A stretch of 64,000 nt of DNA, taken from contig CADACD010000013.1 of NCBI GenBank assembly GCA_902786365.1, positions 779 through 64,778 of the forward strand. The letters are read 5' to 3'. Made by a program: the position numbers and the translations under genes. The first letter of the stretch is position 1; the number at the start of each line of letters is the position of its first letter. Shown here one piece after another: positions 33,222 to 40,886 of the stretch. Below the pieces are notes generated by a model. It saw only the letters and a list, made by a program, of their open reading frames with translations. It did not search any database and was not told the origin of the DNA. Origin of the DNA: an uncultured Lachnospiraceae bacterium. GTDB taxonomy: Bacteria > Bacillota > Clostridia > Lachnospirales > Lachnospiraceae.

Positions 33222-33428
33222 ATGAAAATAACAGTAGCAGGAGAACAGAAAGAAGTAAAGGATGCAATTACAATTGCTGAGTTGATTATTTAGGAAAATG
33301 TGGAGACACCTGAGTATGTAAGTGTATCTATTAATGAAGAATTTGCTAAGCGTGAGGATTTCGAGACACAGACACTTAGCGAAGGTGATGTCGTAGAATT
33401 TTTATATTTTATGGGAGGTGGAAGATAG
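33222..33428 (+). pseudogene. ThiS-like sulfur carrier with in-frame TAG at codon 24
   Basis: MKITVAGEQKEVKDAITIAELII*ENVETPEYVSVSINEEF...EGDVVEFLYFMGGGR; TAG at 33291-33293; stop codon overlaps the ThiF GTG. Confidence 0.88.
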
Positions 33429-34234
33429 TGGCTTTCACAAACGAACAGCTGGAGAGATATTCCAGACATATTATATTAAAAGAAGTAGGACCGAAGGGAC
33501 AGAAGAAACTTTTGAATGCGAAAGTTCTTATCATAGGTGCCGGCGGTCTTGGTGCACCGGCAGCTATGTATCTGGCAGCAGCAGGTGTTGGTACAATCGG
33601 AATAGCAGATGCAGATGAGGTAGATTTGTCTAATCTCCAAAGACAGATTATTCATGCTACAGAGGATCTTGGAAAAGCAAAGGTACAGTCTGCAAAAGAG
33701 ACTATGGAAAAAATGAATCCTGATGTAAAGGTCAATACTTATCGTACATTTGTAACATCAGAAAATATATTGGATTTGATAAAGGATTATGATTTTATTA
33801 TTGATGGAACGGATAATTTCCCTGCAAAGTTTCTGATTAATGATGCGTGTGTGATGGCTAAAAAACCATTTTCCCATGCTGGAATCATCAGATTTAAGGG
33901 ACAGCTTATGACATATGTTCCGGGTGAGGGACCATGCTACAGATGCGTATTCAAAGATCCGCCTCCAAAGGATGCCGTGCCTACATGTAAACAGGCAGGT
34001 GTCATCGGTGCCATGGGTGGTGTTATTGGAAGTCTGCAGGCGATGGAAGCTATCAAGTATATCACAGGTGTCGGTGATCTTTTGACAGGTTCACTGCTTA
34101 CATATGATGCAATTAAGATGGATTTCAGGAAAATCAAACTTCCACACAAGGTCTCAAATTGTCCGATATGTGGTGATAACCCGACTATTACACATCTTAT
34201 CGATTATGAACAAGTTGAGTGTGATGGTGTGTAG
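33428..34234 (+). CDS. ThiF/MoeB (E1-like) adenylyltransferase
   Basis: RYSRH, GAGGLG, DEVDLSNLQRQ, DGTDNF, CYRC, CKQAGV, CPIC. Confidence 0.92.
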   Translation: MAFTNEQLERYSRHIILKEVGPKGQKKLLNAKVLIIGAGGLGAPAAMYLAAAGVGTIGIADADEVDLSNLQRQIIHATEDLGKAKVQSAKETMEKMNPDVKVNTYRTFVTSENILDLIKDYDFIIDGTDNFPAKFLINDACVMAKKPFSHAGIIRFKGQLMTYVPGEGPCYRCVFKDPPPKDAVPTCKQAGVIGAMGGVIGSLQAMEAIKYITGVGDLLTGSLLTYDAIKMDFRKIKLPHKVSNCPICGDNPTITHLIDYEQVECDGV

Positions 34235-34239
34235 AGTGA

Positions 34240-34952
34240 TGATGTACCCTGCTTTGCAAATAATGTACAAAGAGACAGAGGGGCGTGCCGATGGACTTGT
34301 CATCATCGAAAAGTGTAATATTGATGTTTTAAAGAGATGGCAGGGTAAATATAAAAATATTGTTTCTATCAATAGGAATTCTACAAATTATGAAGTAGAT
34401 GAAGTGATATGTGATGGAAAAAAAATAGCCATAAAAGCTGTTGAATATTTGATTTCGTTAGGACACGAACAGATAGCATATGTGGGAGAATGCCGTAATG
34501 AAACTAGATATAAGGGTTATGTTGAGGCACTCAACAACCATAATATAGATGTAGTTTGTGAACTGATTATTGAAACAAAACAGACAGAGGTCGAAGGTTT
34601 TGAGGCAATGAAAAAAATTTCAAAACTTGATGAACTTCCGACGGGAATCTATTGTGTAAATGATATCACGGAAATCGGTATGCTGAAATATTTAAACAAA
34701 GCGAAAATGAGACGATATATGCCATCCATTATTTCTAGTGATGACATAGAAGAGGCACAATTTACAAATCCTATGCTGACGACTATCCGGCTTCCAAGGG
34801 ATGAGATGGGTAGACTGGCAATCAGCATATTGTTAGACAGAATCAGAGGCGGACATACCAGTGCTGCCAGAATAGAACTTGAGGGAAAACTTATTGTGCG
34901 AAACAGCTGTATGGCAGCTTCTGAAAATGCGTGGAGTGATTATGTTATATAA
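34240..34952 (+). pseudogene. LacI-family regulator, ligand-binding domain only (HTH missing)
   Basis: ADGLVII, AVEYLISLGHEQIAYVG, RYKGYVEAL, GIYCVND, PMLTTIRLP; no N-terminal HTH; 5' boundary approximate. Confidence 0.75.
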
Positions 34953-35013
34953 ATCTTGGGGACAAAAAGTATTTTTACGGAATAGTGATAATTAACATAA
35001 ATTGTAATGAAAG

Positions 35014-35064
35014 GCAGTCTGATATACAGAAACGATGGTATATCAGGCTGTTGTGCTGTTTTTT
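35014..35064 (+). terminator. Terminator-like hairpin before trmB
   Basis: cagtctgatatac / gtatatcaggctg followed by T-rich sequence. Confidence 0.6.
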
Positions 35065-35192
35065 ATTGGTTGTGGTTGTTTTTTTTGTTAGTTTAAGTTA
35101 TTATTTTAAGGAAATGAAATGCAGCAATGAATATTGATTGTATGCAGACTTTGGTTTATTAAAAATTATGTCAGATAAGAGAGGTATATAAA

Positions 35193-35840
35193 GTGAGACT
35201 TCGAAACGTGAAAGGTTCCCGCGAGGCAATAGCAGACAGTGAATTTACAATTAATGATTTTAAGGAATATGCAGGAAGATGGAACGAACTTTTTGAAAAT
35301 GATAATCCCATCAGAATTGAAATAGGAATGGGAAAGGGCAAGTTTATCACTGAGCTTGCTCTCAACAATCCCGATATTAATTATATAGGAATTGAAAAGT
35401 ATTCAAGCGTATTGATTCGGGCAATTGAAAAGAGAAGGGAGCTAGATATCAATAATCTTGTTTTTATACGAATGGATGCAGTTGAAATTGAAGAGGCGTT
35501 CGGGGAAGGAGAAGTAGACAAAATCTATCTTAACTTTTCAGATCCTTGGCCAAAGGACAGGCATGCGAAACGTAGATTGACATCAAGACAGTTTTTTGAG
35601 AGATATGACCATATTTTGAAAAACAGTGGAAATGTAGAATTTAAGACAGATAACAGACCATTGTTTGATTTTTCTCTTGAAGAAATTCCGCAGACAAAGT
35701 TTAAAATTGATGAATATACATTTGATCTGCACGGTGATAAATCAGCAGCAATCTACGAGGGAAATGTTACAACAGAATATGAGGAAAAATTTGTTGAAAA
35801 AGGAAATCCGATATGCAAGTTAATTGCTTCAAGAACATAA
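35193..35840 (+). CDS. trmB: tRNA (guanine-N7)-methyltransferase
   Basis: EIGMGKG, GIEKY, FSDPWPKDRHAKRRL, FKTDN, TEYEEKF. Confidence 0.97.
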   Translation: MRLRNVKGSREAIADSEFTINDFKEYAGRWNELFENDNPIRIEIGMGKGKFITELALNNPDINYIGIEKYSSVLIRAIEKRRELDINNLVFIRMDAVEIEEAFGEGEVDKIYLNFSDPWPKDRHAKRRLTSRQFFERYDHILKNSGNVEFKTDNRPLFDFSLEEIPQTKFKIDEYTFDLHGDKSAAIYEGNVTTEYEEKFVEKGNPICKLIASRT

Positions 35841-35883
35841 GATAACTTATCAGGTGTTTATAAAAAGATAATGGAGGGGAAAA

Positions 35884-36018
35884 ATGATGCCATGTGGATG
35901 TCAACGAAAAAGAAGATGCGGGCGGAGGCCAAAATCCAGAAAAAGGGCTAGTTTTAACAGGTTTTGCTGTAAATTGAAGAAATCGTTTGATGAAATATAC
36001 CAAATGTTTAATCCATAG
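35884..36018 (+). CDS. Candidate 44-aa Cys/Arg-rich small protein
   Basis: GGAGG at 35873-35877 precedes ATG 35884; MMPCGCQRKRRCGRRPKSRKRASFNRFCCKLKKSFDEIYQMFNP. Confidence 0.5.
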   Translation: MMPCGCQRKRRCGRRPKSRKRASFNRFCCKLKKSFDEIYQMFNP

Positions 36019-36051
36019 CCCGTTCCAGTAAAAAGCAGCTGAAACTCTATT

Positions 36052-36102
36052 GATAAATAAGTATTTTCTTACGTGCAAGCACGGCGAATCTACTTATTTA
36101 TC
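36052..36102. repeat. Nested inverted repeat (REP-like hairpin)
   Basis: gataaataagta / tacttatttatc (12 bp, perfect) enclosing cgtgc-aa-gcacg. Confidence 0.7.
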
Positions 36103-36153
36103 CCACTGAGCTGTAATAGTGACAAATAAAAGATAAAAAAATAAAAAAAGTAC

Positions 36154-36182
36154 TTGCTTTTTTGGAATATGTGAGTTATAAT
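36154..36182 (+). promoter_or_regulatory. Sigma-A promoter of tRNA-Lys
   Basis: TTGCTT-N17-TATAAT with an A-tract UP element. Confidence 0.75.
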
Positions 36183-36203
36183 CATTCTTGCGTTAAGAAA
36201 TAA

Positions 36204-36276
36204 GCGCGATTAGCTCAGTTGGTAGAGCACCTGACTCTTAATCAGGGTGTCCAGGGTTCGAACCCCTGATCGCGCA
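36204..36276 (+). tRNA. tRNA-Lys (anticodon CTT)
   Basis: Acceptor stem GCGCGAT/ATCGCGC; anticodon arm CCTGA-CTCTTAA-TCAGG; T-loop GTTCGAA; CCA not encoded. Confidence 0.97.
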
Positions 36277-36279
36277 CTA

Positions 36280-36330
36280 AAGTACCAGTTTTGGAGACGG
36301 AAGAGCTCTGGGGTTGGTGCTTTTTTATTT
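36280..36330 (+). terminator. Intrinsic terminator after tRNA-Lys
   Basis: aagtacca / tggtgctt stem with G-U pairs and a T run. Confidence 0.6.
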
Positions 36331-36368
36331 GTTACATTTAAAAATCAATATAACGTTGTTAGAAATGT

Positions 36369-36400
36369 AAAGAGCGATAGAGGTAAGTCTATCGCTCTTT
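36369..36400. terminator. 12-bp perfect inverted repeat upstream of the DUF2726 gene
   Basis: aaagagcgatag / ctatcgctcttt. Confidence 0.55.
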
Positions 36401-36426
36401 TGGTAAAGTTTTAAAAGGAGTCAGAT

Positions 36427-36924
36427 ATGAAATATGCAATTATTATTTTATGTGTATATGTAATTTTTCTTATAGGAAGAAGTAATGCACACAGTAGAAC
36501 AAAGACAGATATAAAATATTTCCCATATAAAAAGAAACATCTTCTGACAAAAGCAGAATATGTCTTTTATAATGAACTGGCAGCCAGGACAAAGAAATAT
36601 AATATAATCATCTGTCCTAAAGTGAGAATGGAGGATTTTATTGATGTGACCGATATTCAAAATAGACAGAAGTACAGAGGATATATTAAGTCAAGACATG
36701 TTGATTTTTTACTGTGTGACTCAAAATTGAATATTTTAGGAGCAATAGAATTAGATGATCCATCGCATAATTATGAATCTGTACAGAGAACAGATGATTT
36801 TAAGAATAAAGTGTACAATGCTATTGGGGTGAAATTATATAGAATTACCTATCAACAGGAATATGACTTGCAGATTACGAATATGTTAAAGGATCTGACT
36901 GACAGATATAAGAAGCAGAATTAA
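36427..36924 (+). CDS. DUF2726-family membrane-anchored protein
   Basis: N-terminal TM; LLTKAE, CPKVRMEDFI, HVDFLLCD, IELDDPSH, RTDDFK. Confidence 0.85.
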   Translation: MKYAIIILCVYVIFLIGRSNAHSRTKTDIKYFPYKKKHLLTKAEYVFYNELAARTKKYNIIICPKVRMEDFIDVTDIQNRQKYRGYIKSRHVDFLLCDSKLNILGAIELDDPSHNYESVQRTDDFKNKVYNAIGVKLYRITYQQEYDLQITNMLKDLTDRYKKQN

Positions 36925-36940
36925 TATAAAAAATAATATT

Positions 36941-37033
36941 AATGGCTGCCACACTAACCGGTTAGCTGCGTATTATAGTAATTTTATGAATTTTAGAATA
37001 CTATATATTGCAGTTTTTAGTGTGACAGCCATT
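36941..37033. repeat. 93-bp element bounded by 17-bp inverted repeats
   Basis: aatggctgccacactaa (36941-36957) and the reverse complement of 37017-37033 match at 16/17; inner arms also pair. Confidence 0.7.
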
Positions 37034-37113
37034 GATGGAATCTGCTATTTAATGCAGTTATTTGTTCAGACTATTTGTTACGGACATTTAGATATCATGC
37101 GTTATACAATTAA

Positions 37114-38295
37114 TTATTCTACTTTTTTATCTAAACGGATAGATTTTTCTTTTAACCGTCTGCTGATAAATCCTTCTATTAGAAAGGCAATGATACCTAC
37201 ACAAGGAACACCGAGAAACATTCCTAACGGTCCGGCAATCCAACCGCCAACTGTTATGGCAAATATAATCCACACAGGACGCAGACCGATACTTTCACCG
37301 AGAATCTTTGGTCCAAGATAGATACCATCAAATTGTTGCAGAATAAAAATCATGACGGCAAAGATAAGTGCATGATTGAAACTTTTGGTTAACAGTATCA
37401 GTATGGCGGGTACAGCACCTATGAACGGACCGAAATAAGGAATCATATTAGTAATTCCAACAATTACACTTATGAGCATGGCATAATCAAGGTTAAGTAT
37501 TCTCATGAAGAGAAAACACATAAATCCTATAATGACCGAATCTATCGTTTTGCCAACAACAAAGCTGCTGAAAATTTTGTTGCAGTCATGAAGCAGATGA
37601 ATAAATTTTTCGGCTTTTTCTTTTTTGGCAACAGCAAAAATCAGTCTTTTAGAATTAAGTAACATTCGTTCTTTGTCAATCAGAAGATAGCATGAAACCA
37701 TTATAGCAATAAGAATATTGATAGCCCATGAAATAACTGATACTGAGGTGTTGTAAAGCAGTGGAAGCAATGTATTTACAGAACCTTGCACGAAATCAAT
37801 TATATTTGAGCTGTTATCCTTTGCAAGATTACTAATATAGGAAATGTTCCAGTCAGGATGTTTCTTACTTGTAGTATCAAGAAATTTTAAAAACTTATCG
37901 TAACTGTCCTGAATTCCTTCATAAATACTCTTAAGGCTTGAATATATTTCAGGAACTATTACAGAAATACAGATAACAATAATTCCTATTACCACAACAT
38001 ACACAAGTAGAATGGCCAAAAGTTTGCTGACATAATCCTTTTTTACACGAAACAGTTTTTTGAAAACAAGCCTGTCAACGAGCTTGACAAGCGGATTCAT
38101 CAGATATGCGATAAGGATACCGATAAGGAAAGGTGACAGCATGTCAATAATTTTTGTAATAATATCAATAGTTCCTTTCCAGTCCCAGATAGCCTTAAAT
38201 AATATAGTCGAAATACAAACAGTCAGAATAACATAAATGCATATTGTAAAATATCGGTTATTTTTTGTAAATTTATGTTTACTGTTATCTTCCAT
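37114..38295 (-). CDS. AI-2E (PerM) family transporter
   Basis: Multi-TM; ITNMIPYFGPFIG, QQFDG.YLGPKILGESIGL, GMFLGVP; ATG 38295 after GGAGG. Confidence 0.9.
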   Translation of the reverse strand: MEDNSKHKFTKNNRYFTICIYVILTVCISTILFKAIWDWKGTIDIITKIIDMLSPFLIGILIAYLMNPLVKLVDRLVFKKLFRVKKDYVSKLLAILLVYVVVIGIIVICISVIVPEIYSSLKSIYEGIQDSYDKFLKFLDTTSKKHPDWNISYISNLAKDNSSNIIDFVQGSVNTLLPLLYNTSVSVISWAINILIAIMVSCYLLIDKERMLLNSKRLIFAVAKKEKAEKFIHLLHDCNKIFSSFVVGKTIDSVIIGFMCFLFMRILNLDYAMLISVIVGITNMIPYFGPFIGAVPAILILLTKSFNHALIFAVMIFILQQFDGIYLGPKILGESIGLRPVWIIFAITVGGWIAGPLGMFLGVPCVGIIAFLIEGFISRRLKEKSIRLDKKVE

Positions 38296-38313
38296 GCAAT
38301 TCCTCCACATAAA

Positions 38314-38631
38314 TTATAAATATTTTTTTAATTTCTGTTCAATCACAGATTTAGTCACAACGCCCTCTATTCGTCCGGCAAGAGTTCCGTCTTTAAAAAT
38401 AAGAATTGTAGGAATTGAAAGTACCCTGTAGTCAAGAGCAATATCAGGATTTTTTTCAATATTAAGTCTGTTGATGATAATATTATCTTTATATTCCATT
38501 AAAATTTGGGTAATGACGGGAGCCATAACTTTACTTTGGGTACACCATTCAGCAAAAAAATCGACCAAGAACAATTTATCTGTTGCAGTTAATATTTCTT
38601 TAAAATCAGTTGAATTAATCTCTTTAATCAT
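38314..38631 (-). CDS. Thioredoxin-like protein with CxxS active site
   Basis: VDFFAEWCTQSK; SIPT cis-Pro loop. Confidence 0.85.
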   Translation of the reverse strand: MIKEINSTDFKEILTATDKLFLVDFFAEWCTQSKVMAPVITQILMEYKDNIIINRLNIEKNPDIALDYRVLSIPTILIFKDGTLAGRIEGVVTKSVIEQKLKKYL

Positions 38632-38732
38632 TATACTGTAAATGTCCTTTCAAATTTGATTTAACTAAATAAAATAATAACCTAAATCAGTAAAAAAAAC
38701 AATAAAAGATTAATATCAATTTTCTAAAAAAG

Positions 38733-38761
38733 TTGTAAACATTCATTCCTTTTGATATAAT
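38733..38761 (+). promoter_or_regulatory. Sigma-A promoter upstream of the PIN-domain gene
   Basis: TTGTAA-N17-TATAAT with extended TG. Confidence 0.65.
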
Positions 38762-38821
38762 TTAATAGACTGTTAATGTATCAATATCCTGCATCAACAA
38801 ATCAGGGAGGAAATTTTAACA

Positions 38822-40042
38822 ATGACAGTATATTTAGTTGATTTTGAGAATGTACGTTCTGCCGGGCTGAAAGGTGTTGAAAATCTTGATGAAGATGATA
38901 AGGTAATTATTTTCTATAGTAAGAATGCGGATGCTATTACTTTTGATGTCCATATGCTGCTCAGTAAAAGCAGAGCAGAGATTGAGACATATATGATAAT
39001 CAGAGGAGGAAGAAATTCACTTGATTTTCAGCTCTCCACATATCTTGGTTATCTTGTTATGGAAAACAGATATAGAAATATCGTGATAATCAGTGCAGAT
39101 AAAGGCTTTTTATGTGCAATCAATTTTTGGGACGAAAATAAAGAATTATGTAATGCACATATAACAATGAGTAAAAGCGTACAGGCATTTGTAAGTAATG
39201 AGCCGGATGATGATTTGGAAAATGATATGCTTGAATCTAAGTTTATTGAGAAGGTTTCAGTTCTGCCGCCTAAAAATATGTTTGATATTAAAGAAACGGT
39301 AAGACTGAATGACACACAGCCGCAGGAAGAAAGTACCTCAAATGAAAAATCTAAATTTGATAAGTCAAATGAATCTAAATTGATTGGTGTAAATCAAAAG
39401 GATAACAGAGAAAAACAAGAGATTAAAAATGACAGGTCATATTTTGACAACATAAGAACAGACAGACAGAAAAATTACAATTATTATGAAAATAGAAATG
39501 AAAACAGAAACGGAAACAGAAATGAAAATGGTTTCCAGAGAAACAGCAGACCGGAAAATACTCGGTTTAAAACAAACAGAACGGAAGGAAGTCAGGCAAG
39601 GAGCACAAATCAGTATCACTATAACGGGCGATTAAATTCACAAAAACCTGACAACAGTTCAGATAAGGAAAAATTTGTAATTGAATTGACAAAGAGACAG
39701 CCTGACAGACTGAGTACCAAAGCGGTAAATAAAGCGAGAGTCGCACTAACAGCAAAGCATGGAGTTGAACCGAAAAAGAAAGGGGCACCACAGATACAGA
39801 ATCCTACATCAAAGAATAAGATATTTGCAGCAGAAGTCAAGCTTAATATCACAGATGATGTCAGAGAGATTGTTGGTGAAAAATATGGTGAAGAATACGT
39901 TCCTGTACTTGTAGAAGCGATAGGTAAATCTACAGGAAAACAGCATTTGTACAGAATGCTTGTCAGCAGATTGGGGCAGGATGTCGGTAAGGACATATAT
40001 ATGATGATTAAGGGCCAATATGCTAATTTAAAGAGAAAGTAG
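38822..40042 (+). CDS. PIN/NYN-like domain protein with long low-complexity linker
   Basis: YLVDFENV, KNADA, NSLDFQLSTYLG, IISADKGF; central Asn/Arg/Gln-rich segment. Confidence 0.75.
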   Translation: MTVYLVDFENVRSAGLKGVENLDEDDKVIIFYSKNADAITFDVHMLLSKSRAEIETYMIIRGGRNSLDFQLSTYLGYLVMENRYRNIVIISADKGFLCAINFWDENKELCNAHITMSKSVQAFVSNEPDDDLENDMLESKFIEKVSVLPPKNMFDIKETVRLNDTQPQEESTSNEKSKFDKSNESKLIGVNQKDNREKQEIKNDRSYFDNIRTDRQKNYNYYENRNENRNGNRNENGFQRNSRPENTRFKTNRTEGSQARSTNQYHYNGRLNSQKPDNSSDKEKFVIELTKRQPDRLSTKAVNKARVALTAKHGVEPKKKGAPQIQNPTSKNKIFAAEVKLNITDDVREIVGEKYGEEYVPVLVEAIGKSTGKQHLYRMLVSRLGQDVGKDIYMMIKGQYANLKRK

Positions 40043-40303
40043 GGAATCGTCTTATTTCGTGTATGCGTTGCATACAGTAAGAAAAATGCGGATATTGATA
40101 CAAAAACAGCAAAACGAATAAAAAGTAAATTGTATATGATGATGAAAATGATTATTCTTTAGAGATAAGAATTGAATATAAACAAGGTACATTTCTGTTT
40201 GCCTCAGATAACTGTCCTATCATGGGAGATTGAGCAGAAGTCATACAGTTTATTGATGAGGTAAACCCGAATGTAGATAAATGGCAGGGAGAAATCATAA
40301 ACT

Positions 40304-40780
40304 ATGGGAAAAGAAGTCAAAACAAATGCGATGAGAATACTTGACAAAAACAAAATAGAGTATGAACTGGGTATATATGAATGTGATGAATTTAAGGATG
40401 GAATCACAATTGCTGACAAGCTGGGACAACCTTATGAACAGTCTTTTAAGACACTGGTCACAATTGGCAAGAGTGGAAGCTATTATGTTTTTGTCATTCC
40501 GATTGATCAGGAGATTGATATGAAAAAGGCGGCGAAAGCAGTTGGAGAGAAGAATATTGAAATGATACATGTTAAGGATATCAATAAAGTAACAGGCTAT
40601 ATAAGAGGCGGCTGTACACCTATTGGAATGAAAAAACTTTATAAAACAGTCATTCATGAGACGGTGATGAATTTTGACAAGGTTATCATCAGTGGTGGAA
40701 GAATTGGTGCACAGATTTTTATCAGACCAAATGATCTGATAGCAGTGACAAAAGCAGATGTAACAGATGTAATAAAGTAA
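40304..40780 (+). CDS. ybaK: YbaK/EbsC-family aminoacyl-tRNA deacylase
   Basis: KTNAMRILD, FKTLV, TGYIRGGCTPIG, SGGRIG. Confidence 0.9.
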   Translation: MGKEVKTNAMRILDKNKIEYELGIYECDEFKDGITIADKLGQPYEQSFKTLVTIGKSGSYYVFVIPIDQEIDMKKAAKAVGEKNIEMIHVKDINKVTGYIRGGCTPIGMKKLYKTVIHETVMNFDKVIISGGRIGAQIFIRPNDLIAVTKADVTDVIK

Positions 40781-40791
40781 ATAGGTATCAA

Positions 40792-40815
40792 GGGGTCAAA
40801 ATATTTTTTGACCCC
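40792..40815. terminator. Hairpin after ybaK
   Basis: ggggtcaaaa / ttttgacccc. Confidence 0.6.
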
Positions 40816-40886
40816 AATATCATATTATGAATGAATTATACAAAATAATACAGATAAAAGAGAATGGAATTGAAGGAGGAAGATTG

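Noticed and set aside
34104-34240. N-terminal part of the 282-aa ORF overlapping thiF
   Set aside because: It is an alternative frame of the thiF 3' end, not a LacI HTH.
35767-36078. 103-aa minus-strand ORF overlapping the trmB end
   Set aside because: No RBS or motif; the plus-strand 44-aa ORF has better translation signals.
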